Assembly (NCBI GenBank): GCA_963668315.1
Contig: OY764216.1
Coordinates: 2,400,001-2,464,000, forward strand
DNA from: Spirochaetia bacterium
Lineage (GTDB): Bacteria; Spirochaetota; Spirochaetia; DSM-2461
Length of the DNA: 64,000 bases
Direction: 5' to 3'
Part shown: one piece after another, positions 39,102 through 49,577 of the stretch
How positions within the stretch are numbered: the first letter of the stretch is position 1
Layout of the letters: every line of letters begins with the position of its first letter
Position numbers and translations under genes: made by a program
The notes under the pieces: model-generated
What the model was told of the DNA's origin: nothing
What the model saw: only the letters and a program-made list of their open reading frames with translations
The model's database searches: none

Positions 39102-40928
39102 TCAGCTTTCTCCGCTGTTAACCCTTTTATCCCCATCGGGAAGGGGCACAGAATTCGTCGATGGGGCGATTTCGATATCTTCGTTATGACCCCAGAGCTT
39201 ATGATAGACCTTATCGGCCAGGCTCTCTTTCACGACTTCCCGTATCTTTTTTTCCGCGGGAAGGCAGTCTGCCGGAACCTGGTCGATGGTTATCCATCTC
39301 TCCATGGCTTCATGGCGGGACATGCCCCGGCTCATGGCGATTTTCCGCACATTGTTCACCGCCTGGATTTCCCGCAGTTTGGCGCCGCTCAGCTTGTAGA
39401 AGTACATGGAAATCATGGTGATGACCCAGGCCGTCATGGGAAGCAGGCAGAAGCAGATGATCGCCGCCAGCCGGACGCCGGTGTAGTCGAATCCGGTCAT
39501 ATCGATACCCGTGGAGGGAAGCTTGCCGTTCAGAGAGGGCACCAGGCCTATGGTGAAGACCGAAATCAGGATGAAGGCGAAGGAGGAGACGAACTTGTCT
39601 ATAAGGGAGAACAGGGTTCCCATCATTCCGGGGACGTAGTTGCCCGACCGGTAGGTCTCGTAGTCGGTGCAGTCGGCTACCATGGGAATGCACATCTCCG
39701 AACTCAGGTTGTAGGCGCCGTAGCCGCATCCGAAAAAGACGATCCAGACCAGGGTGATCAGGTTCGGCCTGAGGGAGATGCTGCCGTCTTCGGCCCACTG
39801 GAGCAGGGAGAGATGGGTGGACGGGTTGTCAGGATTCCAGATCATCAGCAGAACAATCAGCCCCAGATAGAAGAGAAAGGCAATCGCCGTAAACTGGACA
39901 ACGGCCCTTTTCTGCCCCTTGTTTCCCGCCAGTTTCGCGCCGAAGATGAAGAACAGCCCCATGAAGACAAAGGAAAAAGTGTACATGGGAATATAGAGGC
40001 CGTTGTAGTTGTTCATCATAATGTAGTAGATGAGAACGGCCACCGCTCCCGATGTGGCGATGGTGGAGGCCAGTTTGTTGCATCCGGCGGAGAAGACCAG
40101 CCAGCGGATCTGACTGTTTTTTTTCAGAACCCCTACGAAATCGCGGATTCCCGGAGTCTCTGCATCTTCGTCGATACCCCAGTTCTCGGGGATGTCTTTC
40201 TTCCAGATGGCGATAAGGGCCAGCACCGTGTAGACGGCGGATATCGCCACCGTGAAGGGCACCAGAATATCGTAGAAAGCCGGGTTGTACTGGGCGCCCA
40301 GGCCGTTGGCCACATCAACCGGATCGATGATGATGGGAAGAAGCCCGTTCCCCATCATGTTCACCAGGACGATGGAGCCCACCATGCCCACCATGTTCCA
40401 GACAACAAACTGGGACCTTTGGTGGGGCTCGTTGGTGATGCAGGTCTGCCCCGCCTTTGTACAGGCTGTCTGGGCCGTATAACCCAGGACATGGATGACG
40501 TAGCCCAGAATGAAAAGGGCCCATCGGAGACCCTCTGACCGAATCGGCCGGATCAGGAAGAACATGAAGACAACCGAGAAAGCCAGGAGAATGTTGCCTA
40601 TGATCATATAGGGGCGGAATTTCCCCAGCCGGCCGTTCGTCTTGTCTATGAGAGCCCCGATGATCGGGTCGGTGATCCCGTCGAAAATCCTCATTCCCGT
40701 TACTACCGAGGAGAGGACGATCGTCAGGGTGGTCATGGCCGCCGCGGAGAGAACGCCTCCCACGAAGCTGCCGCTCAGATAGTACCCGCCGTAGTAGGTA
40801 ATGAACGTCATCAGGGCCAGGTAACTGTTCGTCGCGGCATTATTGAAGGGAAAGAGAATCACCTGGTAGGGCTTCGCTATATTGATGAAGGACGAAGAAT
40901 CCTTCGATTGGCTGTCTTCTTGTATCAT
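39102..40928 (-). CDS. MFS glycoside-pentoside-hexuronide (MelB/UidB-like) symporter
   Basis: RIFDGITDPIIGALIDKT..RLGKFRPY, PMVADCTDYETY; about 12 TMs. Confidence 0.88.
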   Translation of the reverse strand: MIQEDSQSKDSSSFINIAKPYQVILFPFNNAATNSYLALMTFITYYGGYYLSGSFVGGVLSAAAMTTLTIVLSSVVTGMRIFDGITDPIIGALIDKTNGRLGKFRPYMIIGNILLAFSVVFMFFLIRPIRSEGLRWALFILGYVIHVLGYTAQTACTKAGQTCITNEPHQRSQFVVWNMVGMVGSIVLVNMMGNGLLPIIIDPVDVANGLGAQYNPAFYDILVPFTVAISAVYTVLALIAIWKKDIPENWGIDEDAETPGIRDFVGVLKKNSQIRWLVFSAGCNKLASTIATSGAVAVLIYYIMMNNYNGLYIPMYTFSFVFMGLFFIFGAKLAGNKGQKRAVVQFTAIAFLFYLGLIVLLMIWNPDNPSTHLSLLQWAEDGSISLRPNLITLVWIVFFGCGYGAYNLSSEMCIPMVADCTDYETYRSGNYVPGMMGTLFSLIDKFVSSFAFILISVFTIGLVPSLNGKLPSTGIDMTGFDYTGVRLAAIICFCLLPMTAWVITMISMYFYKLSGAKLREIQAVNNVRKIAMSRGMSRHEAMERWITIDQVPADCLPAEKKIREVVKESLADKVYHKLWGHNEDIEIAPSTNSVPLPDGDKRVNSGES

Positions 40929-40955
40929 TTTTGCTCCTGTATTTCTTAAATAGGC

Positions 40956-42890
40956 CTATTTCTGCCAGCTTTTCGTTCTGCCCGCCCGCTTCATGCGGTA
41001 GGAAGGTTCGTTCCTGCTTACTTTGATCAGCCGCGCCTCGTCGGCAAGATCGCCCGACTGGATTCTGATATCCGTCACATCGGTCAGGGGGATCGTGCAG
41101 CTGAAGATTCGGTCGCCCTCCAGGGTTTTGTAGAATGCGCCGTTCACATAGAGATCGAGTGACTTCTGGTTCGAGTAAAATTTAACCTTCGTGCTTTTTC
41201 CCTTTCTTTTTTCAAAGCGCTTGCCGCAGATATGAACAAAGGGTTCGTCGGACCAATGGGCTTTGTAAAGGTAGAAGGAATCCTTACGGGTCGACCGGTC
41301 AAAGGTAATCAGCCCCTTGTGGTTCATACCCGGTTCGCCCCCCTGATTTCGCGCGTCGGCGGCGAAATCAAACATATTCCACACATGGGTCGCCCAGAGA
41401 TAATCCCGGTCATTGATGATCTTCAGCAGCTTCTCGTGATAAAGGGCCTGGTACTCTTCGGTATTGTCTCCCCGGTGCGGCCGGGCGCTGTGGAGATCGG
41501 GCATGGCCTCGGCCCCGTATTCGGCCAGTCCGATTCTCTCATCGGGGTAGAATTTGTGGAAGAGGTCCAGTTTGATGGCGTTAATGACGGTAAAGGGGAA
41601 ATACCAGCCGTAGTAGAGGTTGTAGGAGACCAGATCGGGAACTCTGTTCAGTCTGTTGGCGTTTGCTTTTGTGACGTAGCAGGCGATGGCCGTTTCCCTG
41701 GTGGGATCCATGGCGTGGCAGTAATCGTTCAGTTCCCTGTGGAAATGAAGGCGGTTGGGACCGGAGGGAAACATGGTTATCTCGTTGGAAAGACCCCAGC
41801 AGATGATGCTCGGATGGTTGTACTGCTGCTTGATCAGTTCGGTCATCTGGCTTTTCGCGTTTTCGTTGCCCCTTTTCATGTGGCGTGAAATATAGGGAAT
41901 CTCCGCCCAGACGATAAAACCGTACCTGTCGCACAGCTCGTAGAAGTAGTCGTCATGCTGATAATGGGCCAGCCTGATGGTGGTGGCCCCCACTTCTCTG
42001 ATAAGGGCGATATCCTGTTCGTGATGGGTGGCAGTCAGGGCATTGCCCAGTCCGGGCCGGTCCTGGTGGCGGCAGACGCCCCGCAGGGGATATTTTTCTC
42101 CGTTAAGGATAAATCCCTCCCGGGGATCGACGGAAAAGGTCCTGAATCCGATTTTCGTCTCCACTTCATCGACGGCCTCTCCGTCCACGAGGAGCTCTGT
42201 TTTCAGGGTATAGAGATAGGGATCTTTCAGCCCGTGCCAGAGGTGGACTCCGGGCAGGGTCAGGAGCTCTGAATCCGTACCGGAGGCGACTTGTCCGCCC
42301 TTTCCGTCCAGAAGGGTGTTCCTCACACGTCCGTTCCCGCTGATAAGGGTTTCGACCTTGAGAATTCCCTCTCCGCTCTGTACGGAGGGAGTGGCTTTCA
42401 CGCCGCTGGAGCCGTCGTCTTCCAGGGAGAAGTGGTTTTCCGGTACGGTGACGATATTCACATCCCGGTAGATACCGCCGTAGAAGGTGAAGTCCGCCGT
42501 CTGGGGATAGACCCGTTCGTTCTTGCCGTTGTCCACCGAGAGAGTCAGGGTGTTTTCATCCTTCAGGAAATCGGTGATCTCGAAGCGGAAAGTGGAGTAT
42601 CCGCCGTCATGGGAACCGAGTTCCCGGCCGTTCAGGTAGACGACGGCCGAAGCGTTGACGCCCTTGAATTCCAGGAAAATGCGGGAACCGGCATCTGCCT
42701 CCTCGCGGTCAAACCGGCGGACGTACCAGCAGGTTCCCCGGTGGTAGTTATTGCCCCCGTTCTGGCCGTCCGTGCCGTTCCAGGTATGGGGGATAGTAAC
42801 CGTCTCTCCGGCCGAGGTAAAGGCGTTTTCCAGGCCGACATCTCTTTTGATAAAAGACCAGCTGTCATTTATGTTCGTTCTCTTTCTCAT
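40956..42890 (-). CDS. GH2 glycosidase, probable beta-glucuronidase
   Basis: RGVCRHQD, IRLAHYQ, SNEI, YNLYYGWY, AEYGA, WNMFDF, NHKG; start MRKRTN. Confidence 0.85.
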   Translation of the reverse strand: MRKRTNINDSWSFIKRDVGLENAFTSAGETVTIPHTWNGTDGQNGGNNYHRGTCWYVRRFDREEADAGSRIFLEFKGVNASAVVYLNGRELGSHDGGYSTFRFEITDFLKDENTLTLSVDNGKNERVYPQTADFTFYGGIYRDVNIVTVPENHFSLEDDGSSGVKATPSVQSGEGILKVETLISGNGRVRNTLLDGKGGQVASGTDSELLTLPGVHLWHGLKDPYLYTLKTELLVDGEAVDEVETKIGFRTFSVDPREGFILNGEKYPLRGVCRHQDRPGLGNALTATHHEQDIALIREVGATTIRLAHYQHDDYFYELCDRYGFIVWAEIPYISRHMKRGNENAKSQMTELIKQQYNHPSIICWGLSNEITMFPSGPNRLHFHRELNDYCHAMDPTRETAIACYVTKANANRLNRVPDLVSYNLYYGWYFPFTVINAIKLDLFHKFYPDERIGLAEYGAEAMPDLHSARPHRGDNTEEYQALYHEKLLKIINDRDYLWATHVWNMFDFAADARNQGGEPGMNHKGLITFDRSTRKDSFYLYKAHWSDEPFVHICGKRFEKRKGKSTKVKFYSNQKSLDLYVNGAFYKTLEGDRIFSCTIPLTDVTDIRIQSGDLADEARLIKVSRNEPSYRMKRAGRTKSWQK

Positions 42891-42971
42891 TGGTATCCTG
42901 TTAAAATAATGGTTTTGGTAAGCATGAAGGGAGGGGTCGGCCCCTCCCTCTGAATGCATCGTATTAAATGA

Positions 42972-45900
42972 TTACGCTTTTCTGCGGCCGGCCATATCCT
43001 TAAGAATAAGAGCAAGGCTGACCAGAAGCAACAAGGCGGCGGCGATATCAACGACTGTCAAGGCGATGATATAGGCCGGGGTAATCTTCTCTATGCTGGT
43101 ATTGGGGGATATCCCGTTCATGGCGTTGCTGTGAACCACCGTGAAAAGGATCCTCTTGGCCGATTCGCGCATGGCCTGGGCCAGTTCGCCGTAACCGGTC
43201 TTGTATTTGTTCAGTTCGGCCGCATCCACATCGCCGTCGGGCAGATCGTTTCCGCTGAGGATGGTGCGGGGCCTCAGGATGGTGGGGCCGTAGGCTCCGT
43301 AGAAGTCGGTGACGGCAAATCCTTCCATTCCGTTCTCCCCGCGGAGAAATCCTTCGAGCAGTTCCGAAGAGCTGGGGGAGGGGGTCAGACCGATTCTGTT
43401 GAAGGAGGTCATCACGTTTTTGGCGCCCCCTTCGGTGATGGAAATTTCGAAGGGCTTCAGGTAGATCTCTCTCATTGTCTGCTCGTTCGCCCAGGTGCCG
43501 ATTCCGGTTCTGTTCGCTTCCTGTTCGTTCAGGGCGAAGTGCTTCAAGTAGACGTAGCAGCCGTGGGACTGGATTCCCTCCGATTCCCGGGAAATGATGG
43601 AACCGCTCAGGAGGGGGTCTTCGCTGTAGTATTCGAAGGCCCGGCCCTCATAGGGGCTTCTGTGCATATTGGCCCCTGTCCCGTAGAGACCGGCATAACC
43701 CGCCCAGAGGGCGTCCTCGCCGATCATGTCGCCGATGGAATGGGCCAGATCCTTATTAAACGTGGCGGCGATGATGCCGTTGGAGGGGTAGCACATGGCG
43801 TGGGAATCCTTGAGGGGATCATCGGTTTTCGCGGCCAGTCCCATGGGACCGCTTGAGTACTTTTCCGTCAGGCCGCTGGGGCCGTTGTGGTCCAGGGTCT
43901 CCGCCTTGGCGATGGACTCCACGGCACCCGTCTTTCTGAGGCCCGTTGAGAGCAGATAAGTCATATCGTCCCAGGAGAGCTGGTCCATGAACAGATCCCA
44001 GGATGAATCGTCATAGCCAATCTTCTGTCCGTCGCTGTCCACTCTCATATCAATCAGGTTAAGACCGTTTTCCGCTCCGTAGACGGGATAGGCCGTGTCG
44101 TCCTCTTCCAGGGGGGCCGTCTGGGCGTTCAGAAGATCGGACATCTCCTTGTTCATGGTGATGACCGCATTTCTGTCCAGAACCACCGTTTCCTCCCAGT
44201 TGTTCCGGGATAGATACTTTATTTCATTGCCGCCGGCTTCTTCCAGGCGGTTGATGTCGGCCGAGTCGAACAGGTTGGATATGGGGCTCCCCGTCGCTTT
44301 GGAAACAGAATAGGTCCTATCGTCGAAATCCAGGCTGTACCGGGCTGTGAAAGAGGCGTCTCCCGCCGCATCCATGCCGTCTCCCGTAGTGTAACCTTTC
44401 GCCGCCAGAATGTTATTCAGAGCGTCATGGGCGTTTCTTCCCGCGGCGATATAGTATTCTCCCTCATCCAGGATATAAGTCTGAGCTCCGTTGGCATCAT
44501 AGGAGGTAAAGGCCCTCTCGTCGATGGTCACTGTCACCGTCTGAATTTCCCCCGGAGCCAGTTCATCGGTCTTCGCGAACTCCGCCAGTTCCACGGCGGC
44601 CTTCTCTATGCCCATTTCCCTGTCGTAATCGGTGTAGGGTTTCTGGACATAGAACTGGACGACTTCCTTTCCCGAATAGGTAGTCCCCTTGTTGGTAACG
44701 TCCAGGGACGCCGTATAGGTCCGGCCTTTTTTGGAAACCTTGAAGTTTGAATAGGAGAAGTCCGTGTAGGAGAGACCGTATCCGAAGGGGTAGGTTACTA
44801 CATCGGCGTAGGTGAAGTTACCCGCATGGGGGGTGCCCATCACCATATCTTCGTACCGGGTTTCCGTATAGCGGTATCCCAGGTAGATGCCTTCCTGGTA
44901 AACGACGTAGTTGCTGAAACGGCCGTCATGGATGGCGAAGTTCCCGGCATTTTCGTAGGTGAATACGCCGAAATTCGCATTGACCGGATTGGAACTGTGG
45001 TCGTTCCAGAAGGTATCGGAGAGACGGCCCGAGGGAACGATGTCGCCGGCGAGAATATGGGAGACCGCATTCAGTCCCACCTGGCCCACGCTGCCGATCC
45101 AGAGGGCGCTGTCGATCTTATAGGCCGGATCGTCTATGAAATCCGTCTCCACCTGGTTGGCCGAGTTGATAAGAACGATGATCCTGTCAAAGACATCGCC
45201 TTTCTGGGACGCCAGTCCCAGAAGGGTATCCCGCTCGTCGGTGGAAAGCTTCAGATAGTTGCCCTCCACGGCGCTTTCGTCGGGGAGTCCCTCGCGATGG
45301 GTGTCGGACCCTTCTCCGCCCACGCGGCCCACGATGAAGATGGCCGTATCTCCGAAGGAGGCGTAGGAATCGGAAGTCGCGGCGGAAAGGGTCTTCCAGG
45401 GGACTTCGTTGATGGTAAAGCCGTTCGTGCTCCAGGGAGAAGAGCCGGGCAGGGGTTTCCGACCGTACTCCTCGCTGTGCGCCGAATAGAAATCCCACAG
45501 AGCGCCATTCAGAGCAAAGCCCGCCTCTTCCATGGATGATCTGAAGGTGGGGGCCGAAGCCGTGTCGACCGAGCCGGAACCGGTGCCGCCGTAAACGGGA
45601 TTCACCGAAGTGATGCCGAAGAGGCTCACATTCCGGTTACCCTCTTTCAGGGGGAGTGTCCCGGCTTCGTTTTTAAGAAGGACAACGCCTTCCGCTTCGG
45701 CCTGCTCGCCCATAACCGTTCCGGCTTCCGTCAGGTCTTTCAGGTTATCGTACCGGGATTTGAAGTACTCCTTATCCATCTCTCCGTCTTCCGACTCGAT
45801 GATGCGGTAGGTTTTTACTCCCAGGGTGGCGCTGATAATGCCTTCGTTCTCCTTGACGATCGCCGTGGAGAGCAGAAGGAGGCCGAGGAAGATCCCCGAG

Positions 45901-46328
45901 AAAACGGAAAGTCCCCTTTTCCAGTTTTTGACGGAACTCTGCGTTTTATTCCCGAGAAAAATATTCATCACGCTCAGAACGAACAGGATCGTGAACAGGG
46001 CGGTATTGATGATGAACCGGCCGTCGAAACTGGAAATGTCGATGCCCACCATGACAACGGAAACGTAAAAGTACATCCCGTACAGGTAAAAAAAGAAGGC
46101 TACCCCCGAGAGAACGGCGCCGGGTACACGGCCGATACGCGTTTTGTTCATGACGAAGAAAACGATATTGACTGCCGCGGCAGCCGCCAGGAAAGCAAAG
46201 GATATCCACGAAATGTAATCCGATGATCTGTAGGCTATGCCATAGGTGATGAGCGTTAGTAACGAAAGAAACGAGAGTATCCCCGATAGGTAGAATCCCC
46301 ATGTCCTGTCTTTCTCTGATATATTCAT
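42972..46328 (-). CDS. GH3 beta-glycosidase, permuted, with a multi-TM N-terminal extension and C-terminal TM
   Basis: About 5 N-terminal TMs; EGVVLLKN, YQEGIYLGYRYTETRY, YYSEDP, KHFA, AVTDF. Confidence 0.9.
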   Translation of the reverse strand: MNISEKDRTWGFYLSGILSFLSLLTLITYGIAYRSSDYISWISFAFLAAAAAVNIVFFVMNKTRIGRVPGAVLSGVAFFFYLYGMYFYVSVVMVGIDISSFDGRFIINTALFTILFVLSVMNIFLGNKTQSSVKNWKRGLSVFSGIFLGLLLLSTAIVKENEGIISATLGVKTYRIIESEDGEMDKEYFKSRYDNLKDLTEAGTVMGEQAEAEGVVLLKNEAGTLPLKEGNRNVSLFGITSVNPVYGGTGSGSVDTASAPTFRSSMEEAGFALNGALWDFYSAHSEEYGRKPLPGSSPWSTNGFTINEVPWKTLSAATSDSYASFGDTAIFIVGRVGGEGSDTHREGLPDESAVEGNYLKLSTDERDTLLGLASQKGDVFDRIIVLINSANQVETDFIDDPAYKIDSALWIGSVGQVGLNAVSHILAGDIVPSGRLSDTFWNDHSSNPVNANFGVFTYENAGNFAIHDGRFSNYVVYQEGIYLGYRYTETRYEDMVMGTPHAGNFTYADVVTYPFGYGLSYTDFSYSNFKVSKKGRTYTASLDVTNKGTTYSGKEVVQFYVQKPYTDYDREMGIEKAAVELAEFAKTDELAPGEIQTVTVTIDERAFTSYDANGAQTYILDEGEYYIAAGRNAHDALNNILAAKGYTTGDGMDAAGDASFTARYSLDFDDRTYSVSKATGSPISNLFDSADINRLEEAGGNEIKYLSRNNWEETVVLDRNAVITMNKEMSDLLNAQTAPLEEDDTAYPVYGAENGLNLIDMRVDSDGQKIGYDDSSWDLFMDQLSWDDMTYLLSTGLRKTGAVESIAKAETLDHNGPSGLTEKYSSGPMGLAAKTDDPLKDSHAMCYPSNGIIAATFNKDLAHSIGDMIGEDALWAGYAGLYGTGANMHRSPYEGRAFEYYSEDPLLSGSIISRESEGIQSHGCYVYLKHFALNEQEANRTGIGTWANEQTMREIYLKPFEISITEGGAKNVMTSFNRIGLTPSPSSSELLEGFLRGENGMEGFAVTDFYGAYGPTILRPRTILSGNDLPDGDVDAAELNKYKTGYGELAQAMRESAKRILFTVVHSNAMNGISPNTSIEKITPAYIIALTVVDIAAALLLLVSLALILKDMAGRRKA

Positions 46329-46414
46329 TTTTCCTCCAATACGGGGCCTTTCCGATGGTCAGACCACAATACAGGGACAGTGTAAAGCCGTTTTTCCGAT
46401 CCCGATAGGGACGA

Positions 46415-46447
46415 TTGCAGAAGTGGTTGTTAAGCTTGCAGAAGTGG
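46415..46447 (-). promoter_or_regulatory. LytTR-type direct-repeat operator
   Basis: Perfect TTGCAGAAGTGG at 46415 and 46436 (period 21); candidate -10 TACACT at 46384-46379. Confidence 0.65.
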
Positions 46448-46498
46448 CGTTACCTTGGTGTATACGAAGAATTACGGATATCCGCAAGCCGTTCCCTC

Positions 46499-46541
46499 AA
46501 AAAAAGGACCCCTGCCCGAAATGACGGCAGAGGTCCTTATT
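46499..46541 (-). terminator. Rho-independent terminator after the GH3 at 46560..49571
   Basis: AAGGACC-CCTGCC...GGCAG-AGGTCCTT with an A-run giving a U-tail on the minus strand. Confidence 0.7.
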
Positions 46542-46559
46542 GTTTTCTGAAGGAAAGTA

Positions 46560-49500
46560 TTACTGTTTCTTTTCAGCTCTGAAAAAGAGCAAAACCGTCA
46601 CGCCTGTCAGGATAGCGAAAAGACCATCCAGGGAGAGAAGAAGGATCTTCCACCAGGGCATAATCTCAATCACTTCCAGGTTCACGCTTATACCGTTCAT
46701 GGCGTTGGACTGGGCCACCGTGTAGAGTATCCTTTGGGAGGACTCTCTCATGGCGGTCACCAGCTGGGGATCATCCTTGCCATCCTTGAGTTTAACCGTC
46801 CACTTTGATGTATCGTTGGCATCCCAGCAGTCGCTTCCGCCCATGAGCCCCCTGTAAACGTCCATGTAGTCGTTGGAGTTGGAGTAGTCCGTCAGGGAGA
46901 AGCCTTTCATTCCCCACTCTCCCTTTAATACATTGTTTTGAAGATTACCGTCGGCACCCGCCCAGACCGGTCCGATCCGGTTGAAGCCGGTCATGACGTT
47001 GTAGGCACCCGATTCGGTAACGGGCGTTTCAAAGGCCTGCAGGTAGATCTCCCGTATGCTCTGCTCATTCGCCCAGACGGCGATACCGTCCCGGCCGGTC
47101 TCCTGGTCATTCAGGGCGAAATGCTTGATGTAGACATAAACGCCTTTGGACTGAATACCCTTGACCTCGGCGGCGGCCGCCCGGCCGGTGAGGAAGGGGT
47201 CTTCGGAGTAATACTCAAAATTCCTTCCGCTGTAGGGAGTCCGGTGAATATTGGCGCCCGGACCGTAGATTCCCGAGTAAGCCTTGAGGTTGGCGAAGAG
47301 GCAGTCGTTTCCGATGCTGACGCCGATAGCTTCGATCAGCTCCTGATCGTAGGTGGCCGCCAGCACATCCTTGGAGGTGTAGCTCATGGAAGAGCCACCG
47401 CCGGTAAGGGTGGCCGTGATGCCCAGGGGACCGTTTTCGTCCTTGGTGGAGGGCTTGGCCACGGAGGTCACCACCATGGTGTTATGGAATCCCAGGCCGA
47501 TTAGTTTGGCCATCTCGTTAAAGGTCACCTGATCCATCAGATCGTTCCAGGTATACTCCACCCCGTCCTTTTCGATAGACCCGTCCAGGGGAACTCCGAT
47601 AAACTGGGCCAATCTCAGATCTCCTTCCTTGCCCATGACCGGCATGGTTCCGGAAGCACCCGATTGGTACGTTTCATTCATGGCCGCCACGATCTCATCG
47701 TTGGCGGCGATCTGGACGGCCGCTTCGTAAGCGATCTCGGTCAGATAGGCCTTGGGCATGGTGCCCGCCCAGTCCTGCCGGGTCAGATAAACCACATCGT
47801 TGGAAGGATCGTCGTCGAACTTATTCAGGTCCGCATGGTCAAACTGATTGGTAATCGCTGTCCCGTTGGCCGAAACCGCGAAGACCGAGCTGTCCACGGC
47901 TGATTCCAGATGATAAAGAACTGCCAGGGCCGAATCGCCCTTTCCGTCCATCCGCGAGACCATTACCGAGCCGTTTGCATCGTCGCCCGAGTCGGCTTTA
48001 GCGGCGAGAATATTGTTCAGCGCTTCGTGGGAGCCGTTACCCAGGGCAAAGTAGTAGTTACCCCCTTCCAGGATATAGGTTCCGGCGTTGGCCGCGTCGT
48101 AGGAGCGCAGTTCTGTTTTGTTTACGGAAACTTTTACCCCTTTCACCGTTTCACCGGCCGGTACTTTTACTTTCCTGTAGCCCACCAGTTCCACCGCAGC
48201 TTTCTCTATTCCGTACTCCCGGTCGTAGGAAGTATAGGGGGCCTGCATGAAGATCTGAACCACCTCTTCTCCGTCGATGGAACTGTTATTCCTGACATCC
48301 ACGGTGAACTCAAAGGCGGAGCCGCTCTCATCCATACTCAGGTTTTCATAGCTGAAATCGCTGTAGGAGAGACCGTAGCCGAAGGGGTAGGCTACTGTTT
48401 TCCCGTAGTCGTAATTACCCACCTTACGGTTTCCCAGAACATAATCTTCGTAACGGGTCTCGTAATATCGGTAGCCCACGTAGATACCTTCCTGGTAGAC
48501 CACATAGTATTCATTGCAGAGTTTGTCAAAAGCCAGGCCCTGTTCTTCCGCGTTGGTGAAAGAGGTAACGAAGGCGTTCTGAAGGGCCGGGGAGGTCAGG
48601 TTGTCATAAAGGAAGGTATCCACCAGTTTCCCGCTGGGATTTACCGATCCGTCAAGCAGTTTTCCAATGGCCCTTATTCCGGTCTGACCGACTTCGCCCA
48701 CCCACAGACAGGCATCGATTCCAAAATCTTCCCCGCCGATACTCGGATTCAGAAAATCCAGTTCGAAGGAGTTGGACGTGTTAAGGAGGACGATGATTTT
48801 CTTCACGGCCCCTTCCTTTTTCAGTTCGGCGATCTTACGCAGAAGATCCTTCTCTTCCCGTGTCAGGGAGAGGAGGTTTCCTCCGTTGCCTTCGTCGCCC
48901 GAATTGAACCAGGCCAGGTCGTAACCTTCGCCGCTCTGCCGTCCAAAGACGACGACCGCCGCATCGCCGAACCTTCCTGCTGAGTCCCACTCCTTTTCGG
49001 AGTAGGCATCCAGGGGTACTTCGTTGACTTTGAAGCCGGAGTTATCGAATATATGGTTGTTCATGGAGCCGGCGGGGGATTCACGTTGGTAGTCCTTGCC
49101 CGCTCCGTCGGTATAGAAGCTCCAGAGGGTGTCATTGACAAGGAACCCATTCTCTTCGAGGGCGTCCTTCAGGGTGATGGCCTTTGATGTATCCATTCCC
49201 CCCGAACCGGTTCCCGCATAGATGAATTGAGCGGCTCCCTTCCCGAAGAGGGAAACCCGGCTTCCCGGAGAAACGGGTAGGGCCGGCTGACCTTCCCTTT
49301 CTTCATTTTTGAGAAGAACGGCCCCTTTGGCAATCACCTCTTCGCAGAGCCTTTCCGCGTTAGCCGTTTGCTCCGGTCCCGTGGCGAAATCTTTTTCGTA
49401 ATAGATTTTTCCGGGGTCACCAACGGTTTTTGTCGCTTCCACATTCAGCACCATGTTCACGATGGAACTGAAATTATATCCGAGTACCGTCGCGGCGATA

Positions 49501-49571
49501 AATACAAGCAGAACGGCAGCGGATATGATGGCAAGGGTCCCCCAAAATTTCTTTCGGTTTTTCTTTCCCAT
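46560..49571 (-). CDS. GH3 beta-glycosidase, permuted, N- and C-terminal TM
   Basis: KGAVLLKN, YQEGIYVGYRYYETRY, GRNFEYYSEDP, KHFA, SLTDY. Confidence 0.9.
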   Translation of the reverse strand: MGKKNRKKFWGTLAIISAAVLLVFIAATVLGYNFSSIVNMVLNVEATKTVGDPGKIYYEKDFATGPEQTANAERLCEEVIAKGAVLLKNEEREGQPALPVSPGSRVSLFGKGAAQFIYAGTGSGGMDTSKAITLKDALEENGFLVNDTLWSFYTDGAGKDYQRESPAGSMNNHIFDNSGFKVNEVPLDAYSEKEWDSAGRFGDAAVVVFGRQSGEGYDLAWFNSGDEGNGGNLLSLTREEKDLLRKIAELKKEGAVKKIIVLLNTSNSFELDFLNPSIGGEDFGIDACLWVGEVGQTGIRAIGKLLDGSVNPSGKLVDTFLYDNLTSPALQNAFVTSFTNAEEQGLAFDKLCNEYYVVYQEGIYVGYRYYETRYEDYVLGNRKVGNYDYGKTVAYPFGYGLSYSDFSYENLSMDESGSAFEFTVDVRNNSSIDGEEVVQIFMQAPYTSYDREYGIEKAAVELVGYRKVKVPAGETVKGVKVSVNKTELRSYDAANAGTYILEGGNYYFALGNGSHEALNNILAAKADSGDDANGSVMVSRMDGKGDSALAVLYHLESAVDSSVFAVSANGTAITNQFDHADLNKFDDDPSNDVVYLTRQDWAGTMPKAYLTEIAYEAAVQIAANDEIVAAMNETYQSGASGTMPVMGKEGDLRLAQFIGVPLDGSIEKDGVEYTWNDLMDQVTFNEMAKLIGLGFHNTMVVTSVAKPSTKDENGPLGITATLTGGGSSMSYTSKDVLAATYDQELIEAIGVSIGNDCLFANLKAYSGIYGPGANIHRTPYSGRNFEYYSEDPFLTGRAAAAEVKGIQSKGVYVYIKHFALNDQETGRDGIAVWANEQSIREIYLQAFETPVTESGAYNVMTGFNRIGPVWAGADGNLQNNVLKGEWGMKGFSLTDYSNSNDYMDVYRGLMGGSDCWDANDTSKWTVKLKDGKDDPQLVTAMRESSQRILYTVAQSNAMNGISVNLEVIEIMPWWKILLLSLDGLFAILTGVTVLLFFRAEKKQ

Positions 49572-49577
49572 AGACCC

